A DNA stretch of 64,000 nucleotides, from NCBI GenBank assembly GCA_951406725.2, contig OX597817.1, positions 162,254,001 to 162,318,000 on the forward strand. The letters are read 5' to 3'. The DNA comes from Octopus vulgaris (Eukaryota). The notes under the pieces are model-generated. The model worked only from the letters and a program-made list of their open reading frames with translations, was not told the origin of the DNA and made no database searches. The first letter of the stretch is position 1; each line of letters opens with the position of its first letter. The position numbers were made by a program, and so were the translations under genes. Shown here piece by piece: positions 53,649 through 64,000 of this stretch.

Positions 53649-54417
53649 AGCTATTCCAAACCTGGTGAAACCTATGCCTCTAAGAGAGAGAGAGGAAGAG
53701 AGAAACAGACAGACAGATAGACAGAGACAGAAAGAAGCAAAATTTGCCACAGTACTGAACTGGTATGTGTGTTTATATATAATCAAAAGTTGCTGAACCA
53801 AACATCTCCCTGGAATGCAAAGGTGAATAATGAAAAGAAAAAAAAAAAAAGAAAAAGAAAGAGAAAAAGAAACAAGCAAACCATATTTAGAGGAGAGGAG
53901 AAAGAGGTTGTAAACAATACAATAACAATAGACAGTGATGGATTAATGTAAATCCTAGCTTAAGAATAGCTATTCAGCTCTTCACAAATATCTAATACTC
54001 ACAAATCAACAAAATATAGCAACAATGAAGCCAGCCAACAGGAGGGATTCTAAGTGGTTGATAAAGTTGCTGAAAATAGCAGTCAAATCCCTCTCTGTCT
54101 ACTGCTATCTAAAATAACAAAGGGATACATTGCTTATAAAGGGATGCATTGCTTAAGGGGGATACATTGCTTAATTTAGTCCTGGATATACGTGATATAT
54201 GTAAGAATGAGGGTGGCTTGAATACTTTTGATCGTCTGGTTGACTTGATGCGAGGTGGGTGTCCTGTAGCTAAACAAGAGTATTATGACAACATTCTTCT
54301 AAATATGCTTGCATTAAAATTTAAAAAAAAAAGTCATACAGTAACATTATAACCAAAAGCATAACCTGGATCGGATCCCGTTTTATAAATATTGCACCAA
54401 TACCTGGCACAATTATT

Positions 54418-54898
<481 letters not shown>

Positions 54899-55600
54899 TT
54901 AAAGTTTGTTTTCCATGCTTGGCATGGGTTGGATGGTTTGGCAGGATTTGACGACCACAGAGCACGTCAGACCCCAATGCCAACCTTGGCATTGTTTTCA
55001 GTGGCTGGATACCTTTCCTAACACTAAACCACTTCACAGTTGTATACTGGGGGTTTTATTATCTTTTATTATATTTTTTTTTTTTGGTGACACCAGCATT
55101 AAAGAGGTCATCATATAACTTGCAAAACAAAGTAAAGAAAGGAAATAAATAATCACAAACCTCCTCAGCTGAGGAGGTGGCTTTATACCAGGGTCTGAAG
55201 GCTAAAGTATGGCCTTAAAGTATTATTCTTTTCAGAGCCCCCTTGGCACCTGGACCACATTCCCAGCACCCCACCCACTATTCACCATCATAAACATAGA
55301 CCACCTTTCTGCAGCAAATTCAAAACAACTGCATTTCACAAGCAAAACCTAACCTATTTAACCCATCATTTTGGAAGTTTTTACATCCATTGCTCTTTTG
55401 TGGCCACCCCCATTATCAACCCACTTTTCTTCAATACCCTCCTGGATCTTTCCGCCCATTTTAGGAACCACTGGTGTACACTATAGGAGATATACCTCTA
55501 GATGCTTTGGCCACCCCATTATCAACCCACTTTTTGTCAAAGCCCTCCTGGTTCTTCCCACTCATTTTAGGAACCCCTGGTGCAGTCTTTAGGAGATATT

Positions 55601-55936
55601 GAGACCCCCTTTGGTCATGATTGACCGTGGGATTGCACTTAGAAAGTTAACCTCCCAGGCACAAGTCTGGGCAAGGTTGTTTATGGAAGACCAGCAGTCG
55701 CCCATGCATACCAGCTTTCCCTCTCCACACCACTGATGATATCCAACGGATAGGCAAAGGTAAATACAGCTGGGCACCAGTGACGTCGCAACTCATTTCT
55801 ACAGCTGAGCGAACTGGAGCAATGTGAAATAAAGTGTCTTGCTCGAGAACACAATACACAACCCAGTTCGGGATTCGAACTCACAACCTCATGATCATAA
55901 GCCCAACACTCTAACCACTGAGCCATGCGCCTTCAC
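55601..55936 (-). mobile_element. SINE with D-type head and middle but a different 3' tail (tail also at ~35665-35790)
   Basis: Inserted in the second unit of a ~108-bp tandem duplication (55400-55600); TSD CT(A/T)TAGGAGATAT. Confidence 0.85.
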
Positions 55937-56030
55937 TATAGGAGATATACCTCTAGATATTTCATTCTTATTCAGAAGTCTACAATGGAAATGTATTCTA
56001 TCTCTCCTTTTCGTGCCTGGTGGCACTTAA

Positions 56031-56250
56031 CCCTTTAGCATTTAAACCGGCCATATCCGGCCCCAATTTTCTCCTTCTTTTATGTTCAAACCATCCAGAT
56101 CTGGCCTCTCACTCATATCCTACAATGACATCCTCAAAATAAAGCATCACATCATCAAATTCTCAGAGCGACAAGATAATGCAGGATTGATTGAAAACAA
56201 TGTGAATGAAAAAGCATTATATTTGACAGAGTAATCTGAACACTAAAGGG
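56031..56250. mobile_element. piggyBac-type MITE
   Basis: TTAA|CCCTTTAG ... CTAAAGGG|TTAA. Confidence 0.85.
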
Positions 56251-56461
56251 TTAAAGCTTCCACTCTCTCTTTCCATGCTGCCCTGTCGATGGCTGTGATT
56301 CACACCTACTTCCACATCCTCCATCCATCAGCCTGCCTCTCCTTTGCAACGGTTCTTCACCAGGTATTAAATGGGTCTTCCACACTTCTTCTTTCCTTCA
56401 GAGGCCCATGTTGTTGCTGTCATACAGTCATTGATAGGTTCTTTGAATATAATCTGATGAA

Positions 56462-56679
56462 ACTCTTTTACTCTTTTACTCTTTTACTTGTTTCAGTCAT
56501 TTGACTGCGGCCATGCTGGAGCACCGCCTTTAGTCGAGCAAATCGACCCCGGGACTTATTCTTTGTAAGCCCAGTACTTATTCTATCGGTCTCTTTTGCC
56601 GAACCGCTAAGTAACGGGGACATAAACACACCAGCATCGATTGTCAAGCAATGCTAGGGGGACAAATACAGACACACGA

Positions 56680-56720
<41 letters not shown>

Positions 56721-57085
56721 CAATTAGTAATATAATAATAAGGGTAAATAATTTCTATAATGGTTTTTAAAAAACTGTTACATATAGCCCCATATCATCA
56801 TCATCTTCTTCATCATCATCATCATTATCATCATCACCACCACTACCACCTCCACCACCATCATATTCATCCTCACCACCACCACCACCACCACCACTAC
56901 CACCACCACCGTATACATATATACGACGGGCTTCTTTCAGTTTCCCTCTACCAAATCCACTCACAAGGCTTTGGTCAGCCCGAGGCTATAGTAGAAGACA
57001 CTTGCCCAAGGTGCCATGCAGTAGGACTGAACCCGGAACCATGTGGTTGGTAAGCAAGCTACTTACCACACAGCCACTCATGCGC
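56462..57085 (-). mobile_element. SINE family A carrying an internal foreign insertion (~56720-56910)
   Basis: Both SINE halves intact around the insert. Confidence 0.88.
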
Positions 57086-57439
57086 CTTGTTCAAAATTTA
57101 AAACTGTTTAAAACTGTTTAAAATTTTATCAACTCGAACTGCTTAATTCATTTCTGGCAGTTCTTCCAGTCAATCTTTAAAGAGACCCTACTTAGAATTC
57201 AGTTTCACACCTGCATTCCTAAGTGTTCCAGATTCAGCTTGATCCAAATGGATCCAAATTGTTATGTGCCAGTGCCATGTATAAAGCATTCAGTACACAC
57301 TGTGAAGTGGTTGGCATTAAGAAGGGCATCCGGCCATAGAAACCATGCAAAAACAGACAAGTGGAGCAAAGACAACTTTCTGGCTGGCCAACTCCTGGCA
57401 AACTGTCCAACCCGTGCCAGCATGGAAAATGGATGTCAA

Positions 57440-57440
<1 letters not shown>

Positions 57441-57471
<31 letters not shown>

Positions 57472-57592
57472 GGTGGTGGTGGTGGTGGTGGTGGTGGTGG
57501 TGATGATGATGATGATGATGGTGATGGTGATGATGGTGGTGGTGGTGGTGGTGGTGGTGGTGGTGGTGTGGTGGTGGTGGTGGTGGTGATGA

Positions 57593-57626
<34 letters not shown>

Positions 57627-57770
57627 GGTGGTGGTGATGGTGGTGGTGGTGGTGGTGGTGGTGGTGGTGGTGGTGGTGGTGGTGGTGGTGGTGGTGGTGG
57701 TGATGGTGGTGGTGGTGGTAGTGGTGGTAATGATGATAATGATGATGATGATGAAGAAGATGATGATGAT
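57441..57770. repeat. (GAT)/(GGT) trinucleotide array extending from a SINE E tail
   Basis: Direct reading. Confidence 0.9.
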
Positions 57771-57927
57771 ATGGGGCTATATGTAACAGTTTTATTCCAT
57801 GTCAAACTCATCTTGGCATTTGTCAGCAAATCCACAGCCTTTCATTATTTTCAGATTGTTGGATCTTATTAGTAGGCTATGGGCTTGTTCTACATTGTAT
57901 CAGCTAAGGTGGTCAAAAAAAAAAAAG

Positions 57928-58104
57928 CCTGGTTGTGTGGTTAAGAAGTTCACTTTGCAACCATATCATTTCGGGTTCAATCCTACTGTGAAGCACCTTG
58001 GGCAAAAGTCTTCTACTACAGCCCCAGGCCAACTAAAACTGTGTAAGTGGATCTGGTAGATGGAAACTAACTGAAAGAATCCCATCAGGTATATACATAT
58101 ACAT

Positions 58105-58164
<60 letters not shown>

Positions 58165-58442
58165 TTGTGTGTCTGTCTTTGTCTCCCCACCATCACTTGG
58201 CAACCAATGTTGGTGTGTTTATGTTCCCTGTAACTTATATGCATGTATGTAGGTGTGTCTGTGTTTGTCCCTCACAACTGCTTGAAAACCAATGTTGGTT
58301 TGTTTACATCACTTTAACTTATCGATTTGGCAGAAGAAAACAATAGAATATGTACCAGAATATGCACTGGGGTTGATTTGTTTGACTAAACCCTTCAGGG
58401 CGGTGCCCCAGCATGGTCAGTCCAATGACTGGAACAAGTAAA
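57928..58442 (+). mobile_element. SINE family A, diverged
   Basis: Collinear match with internal duplication. Confidence 0.8.
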
Positions 58443-58797
58443 TGACAAGCTATTGACAGTTGCGAATAATGAAAGCAGGTGAAGCAACATTATTTTAAAA
58501 GGGAATTGAGCCCTTATTGTAGGCACAGTTTGTCAGGAGGTTCCCCCATTCTCAATTACTAATACGCAATAGAAATAACTACAAGTGTATTTTTATATAT
58601 ACAGGATGTTTGGGCAAATATTTGATAATTTTCATGAAAGGATAAAGATGAAGAAGTGGCTGTGTGGTAAGTAGCTTGCTTACCAACCACAAGGTTCTGG
58701 GTTCAGTCCCACTGCATAGCACCTTAGGCAAGTGTCTTCTACTATAGCCTTGGGCTGACCAAAGCCTTGTGAGTGGATTTGGTAGAGGGAAATTGAA

Positions 58798-59214
58798 GGC
58801 GGCGCGCTGGCAGAAATGTTAGTGCACCGGGCGAAATACTTAGTGGTATTTTGTCTGCAGCTACGTTCTGAGTTCAAATTCCACTGAAGTCGACTTTGCT
58901 TTCCATCCTTTCAGGGTCGATTAAATAAGTACCAGTTACGCACTTGGGTCGATATAATCGACTTAATCTGTTTGTCTGTCCTTGTTTGTCCCCTCTGTGT
59001 TTGGCCCCTTGTGGGTAGTAAAGAAATAGGTATTTCGTCTCTCTTCACGTTCTGAGTTCAAATTCCGCCGAGGTCAACTTTGCCTTTCATCCTTTCGGGG
59101 TCGATTAAATAAGTACCAGTTACGCACGTGGGTCGATATAATCGACTTAATCTGTTTGTCTGTCCTTGTTTGTCCCCTCTGTGTGTAGCCCCTTTTGGGC
59201 AGTTAAAGAAATAA
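58798..59214 (+). mobile_element. SINE family C dimer, joined to a SINE A 5' half (58655-58797)
   Basis: Full copy plus a second unit starting GGTATTTCGTCT at 59029. Confidence 0.9.
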
Positions 59215-59288
59215 GATAGATGGATAGAAGAAGATCTGGAGTTAAGTTTTCGAGGAAAGGCATGTCAGAGAGACAAAGGGAAAGATGG

Positions 59289-59331
<43 letters not shown>

Positions 59332-59613
59332 TGTATGTGTGTGTGTATGTGTGTGTGTGTTCATATACATAAAGAGAGGAAGAGGGAGAAATGGAAAGGA
59401 AGAGAGAGTGGAAAGAGAAGGGAAAGAGAAGGGAAAGAGAGAGAGAGAGAGGGACAAACAGACAGACAAGTCTACAGTTAACTAGTCAGAAGTAGACAAA
59501 GAAATCGGGCCTTGGAGGAGGACAGAGAGATAAACTGATAAATACAAGCAGAAAGAGAGAGAGGCAGAGAAAATGTCTGTGCGAGAGAGGGAGTTAGATA
59601 GATAGAAAGATAG

Positions 59614-59659
<46 letters not shown>

Positions 59660-59857
59660 GGAGAGAGAGAATGCTTGTGTGTGAGTTAGATAGACAGAGA
59701 CAAAAAGAGAAAGTGTGTCAGGCAGAAAGTAGAAGAGAGATTGTCAGACCAACAGAGAGAGGGGGGGAGGGAGAGTGTGGGGGAGGGAGAGTGTGGGGGA
59801 GGAAAAGTGAGAAAGACAGACAGTCAAATACAGATAGTCAGAGAAAAAGGGGAGAGG

Positions 59858-59899
<42 letters not shown>

Positions 59900-60504
59900 T
59901 CAGAGAGAAAGGCAGACAGACAGGGAGTCAAACAGAGATAGTCAGAGAGAGGGGTAGGGATTGGGGGAGAGAGAAAGAGAGAGAGAGAGAGTGTAAACCA
60001 AACAATATTTCTGCGTATCTGGATGTATTAATGACTTTCTAATCCTACTGTGTGCAGCAATGAAGCAGCCAGGGTGCATTGGAAGTGCAGCGATGCATAA
60101 TTGTAAATGGCAGCAATGCAGTGATGTTTGAGAAGAGAAAGCAGCAGTGCAGGATGCATGCATTGACAATGCTGTAATATGACACTGGCGCAGTAGTAGC
60201 AATTAGATGCTGCAACAGGGGTTGCAGCAGTTATTTAGTGTTCGAGTTTGTATAGTCGTGTTGATGGTGGTGATGTTGGCGGCACCTCTACTATGCAACA
60301 GTGGTGCAACTAGACAGCAGGAATACAGGGACTATTTGACTATGAAGTGGCGTCTATGTTGCAGTAAGGAAGCATGATTTCAGCAGCAGAAATGTTGAAA
60401 GTGCAGTAGAAAATGCAGAAAAATGCAGTAGCAAATCAGTAGAAAATGCAGTATGAACATGCAACAAAATGCAATGCTAATGCACAGATGTATTTATTAT
60501 AAGC

Positions 60505-61420
60505 AATGAGCTGGCGGAATTGTAAGAGCATCAGACGAAATGCGTTGCAGTATTTTTTCCGGTTCGTTACATTCTGAGTTCAAATTCCACCATTGCCAAC
60601 TTTAATTTTCCACCTTCTGGGGTTGATAAAACAAAGTACCTGTTAAATAGTGGGGTTGGAGGTATTGACAAAACCGATTCCCATCAAAACTACTGGCTTT
60701 CTGATAAAACAAAACTACTGGCTTTCTGACAAAACTATTGGCTTTGTAATAAAACAAAGTACCTGTTAAATAGTGGGGTTGGAGGTATTGACTGACCGAT
60801 TCTAATCAAAACTACTGGCTTTGTGCTAAATTTCAAACCATTATTCACATTATTGCATCTCTTGAAGAATGTGACTTTAGAATCACTTGTACAGCATTCC
60901 AGAGACATTAACATGTTTTAATTTCCCACCTGGGTCTTTTCACTGCAATTAGGCTCATCATTATTATTCTTATCGTTAAGGATGTGAGCTGGTAGAATCG
61001 TTAGCATGCTGAGAAAAATGCTTAGCAGCATCTTTACATTCTGAGTTCAAATTCTGCCATGGTTTACTTTGCCTTTCATTCTTTCTGGGTCGATAAAATA
61101 AGTACCAGACAAACACTGGAGTCAATGTAATCGACTTAAACCCTCCTCCAAAATTGCCGGCCTTGTGCCAAAATTTGAAATCATTATTATTCTTATTGAT
61201 AAGGCAATGAGATGGCAGATTCATTAGCATGCCAGGCAAAATGCTTAGTGGCATTTCACCTGTGCTTGGAGTTCAAATTCCACTGAGGTCCACTTTGCTT
61301 TTTATCCTTTCTAGGTCAATTGAATAAGTACCAGTTGACCACTGGGTTTGACATAATCGACTTACCCCCTCCCCACAAATTGCCGGTCTTGTGACAAAAT
61401 TTGGAAGCATTATTATTCTT
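60505..61420 (+). mobile_element. Three C-headed SINEs with the alternative tail GGCCTTGTGCCAAAATTTGAAA(ATT)n
   Basis: Copies at ~60505-60845, 60978-61190 and 61202-61420. Confidence 0.8.
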
Positions 61421-61849
61421 ATTGTAAGCACTTTGTCTTCGGAATCAATAGTGATATTCTTAGCAACAATGTCTGGTACTTCTCTCTTTAATACTTTCCT
61501 TTGTAGTTATGTCTAACATCATCATCATCATCATCATCATCATTATCATCATCATCATCAACTTCATCATCATCATCATCATCTAACCCATCGTCATTAT
61601 TCCAGGTGACAGAATGGTTAGTGCACTGGACAAAATGCTTAGCAGCATTTCTTCTGGATCTTTAGACTCTGTGTTCAAATCCAGCCAACTTTGCTTTTCA
61701 TCCCTCCGAGATAAAGGACCCACTCTATGACACCTTGGGTAATTGTCTTTTCATATAGCCCGGACTCAACTAAGTGGATTTGACTGACAGAAACTGAAAG
61801 AAGCTTATCATATATATATATATAAATATATGTATGTGTGTGAAAATTA

Positions 61850-62773
61850 CATGAAAATATCTTGAAATACAAAAGAGTAAATTTATTCAATAAAATCGCC
61901 ATTGGATTCGACCACAGCCTCCAGACGACTTAACAATCTCTTGTAACTCTTCTGGATGGTTTCCTTGTTTAAGTTGGTGGATGCTGTCATAATCCTTGCA
62001 TTCAGTTCATCTTTGGTGTTACAAGGAGTTTTATTGGCCTTTCACAGTCTGGGGAGATAGGTGGCCAGATGTTAGGGGTGATGTGGTCAGAGAAATTGTC
62101 TGACAGCCATGACTGGGTTCTACTTGTGTGACATGGTGCAGAGTCCTGTTGCCAGACATAGGGTTTTCCAGTAGCCACCCTCTTGACCCGGGGCAGCACT
62201 CACTACCTCCTCCAGGCACTTGATTTAGGCCTCCATGTTGAGTCTGAGGCCGTGTGGGAAGATGAATGGAGGCATTACGTCACCATCACTAGTGATCACT
62301 CCAAATACCATGATGTTGACTGAATGTTTGATTCTTATCTTGGACACTAGCGTAGCTGAGAGGGAGCGGTCCACTCCGGGCGGCACTTTTAAAGAGGCAC
62401 CAGTTTGGGGTCTGCTGCAGGCAATATGTATTTTTTGTGGGGTCCAGGGGCGGCAAAAGGAAGGGTCGCCCAGGGCAGCACATACTCTAGCTACGCTAGT
62501 GCTCTCGGTACATGTCCTCAGATTGCGCTGTCCTCAGATTGACACTCAAACACTCTGAAATGTTCGAAATTGGAGCTCCCAGCACGAATACCAAGCAGTA
62601 CAACATATCGTTTCCAAATTTCTGGCAGAGTGAATTGCGTCATGATGCTGTTTTACTCACAGACGGTGCCCAACTGACCCTACTATACTGTGTAGTCGAC
62701 AAAATCAGAAACAAACGATGCGCAGCGCGAAATTAAAAATATACAATGGCGACAATTTACCCATCGCACCCTG
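61850..62773 (-). pseudogene. maT/DD37D-like mariner transposase remnant with one TIR, internally deleted
   Basis: MTQFTLPEIWKR... N-terminus; MVFGVITSDGDVMPPFIF; YVWQQDSAPCHTS; WPPISPDC; terminus CACCCTG-TA at 62767-62775. Confidence 0.85.
62345..62501. mobile_element. Small hAT-like MITE nested in the maT element
   Basis: Perfect 13-bp TIR CACTAGCGTAGCT / AGCTACGCTAGTG; TSD only 5/8. Confidence 0.7.
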
Positions 62774-62965
62774 TATATGTGTATATCTATGTTTGTATGT
62801 ATGTATGTATATGTGTGCATGTGTGTGTCTGTGTATTATGTATATATGCAATATATAAATATTCATTTGTATATGTATGTATGCATATTTATGTATACAC
62901 TCTCACACACAACCACACACACATTTCTTCTCTTTCTCTTTTCTCTCTCTCTCTCTCTCTCTCGC

Positions 62966-62999
<34 letters not shown>

Positions 63000-63167
63000 A
63001 TACACCACCTCTGAAGCACGCACGTATGCGTGTATGTATATATAGATATGAATGTGTGTGCATAGGATAAAAACAGCAACAACGTCAATCACCTACTCTC
63101 CACCATCACCATTATCATTATTGTCGTGATCATAATCAACATTACCACTACCATCACCATAATCACC

Positions 63168-63249
<82 letters not shown>

Positions 63250-63591
63250 ACACGATCTCCATCACATTTCTATAGTCCTTACTGTCACTGTTATTTTTAA
63301 TCTCTTCAGTTTCCTTTATCTCAACAAAGATTTTTCCTTTGAAAAGAAGCTGGAATGACTGACTGATAGATAGATAGACAGACAGACAGATAAGTACATA
63401 CACACAGAGATAGACATACCGATAGATAGACAGACACAGAGATAGACGTACATACAGACAGAATGCTACAATTAGCTAAAGTGAGAGAGATGGATCTACG
63501 GAGACGATAGACATACGTGGATGGATATCTACAGACTGCCAGACGAACACAGATAGACAAACAGAGAGTGAGAAAGAGTGTGTATATGTGG

Positions 63592-63639
<48 letters not shown>

Positions 63640-64000
63640 GGCAGGTAGACAGACAGACAGACAAGAAGACAGACATAGACAGCCAGACAAACAGACAGAC
63701 AAGCAGACAGAGTGACAGACAAACATACAGACAAGCAGACAGACAAGCAGACATGATCAGACAGACGGATAAAAAGACAGACAGACAGACAGACAGGCAG
63801 GCAGAAGAACTGAAAGAGAGGAGGAAGGTGAACACAGCAAGAGGAAGATGAAAGAGAAAAACAAGATGAGAAAGATAAGAAATAGAAGAGGAAGGAGAAG
63901 AAAGTGTGGTGTTCTCATATGTCTTCTGGTAGCTTCCTTTATAGGGTGTCACACTTCATAGGTCATATTTTCATGGTGTGTGTGTGTGTGTGTATGCCTG

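Overview
AT-rich, repeat-saturated eukaryotic DNA. The (TA)n/(CA)n/(TACA)n/(GATA)n microsatellites and the tRNA-headed SINE repertoire look like a coleoid cephalopod, most likely Octopus (inference from sequence style, not a database match). I cannot support any intact host protein-coding gene: nearly all long ORFs in the track are translated microsatellites or SINEs. The window holds (i) more than 35 copies of at least five modular SINE families (A-E are my labels); (ii) decayed autonomous elements: a near full-length DD34E Tc1 with IR/DR TIRs, a second Tc1 fragment, mariner and maT fragments, a Helitron helicase piece, and 3' ends of CR1-group, RNase-H-bearing and HERO-like LINEs; (iii) MITEs of Merlin-, hAT-, piggyBac-, mariner- and Helitron-type; and (iv) many Penelope-like fold-back remnants next to (TA)n tracts, carrying minimal type-I hammerhead ribozyme motifs. 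The strongest observations are hammerheads with non-canonical cores (a compensatory U3-A8 pair in two unrelated elements, recurrent A6U, very long stem II), a SINE/LINE pair whose shared 3' hairpin shows compensatory changes, an identical dimer junction in the hairpin loop of a SINE's tRNA head at two loci, several local templated duplications, and a diverged tandem duplication of unique DNA that conserves Hox/TALE-like motifs. Coordinates were read by eye; edges of decayed elements are approximate.
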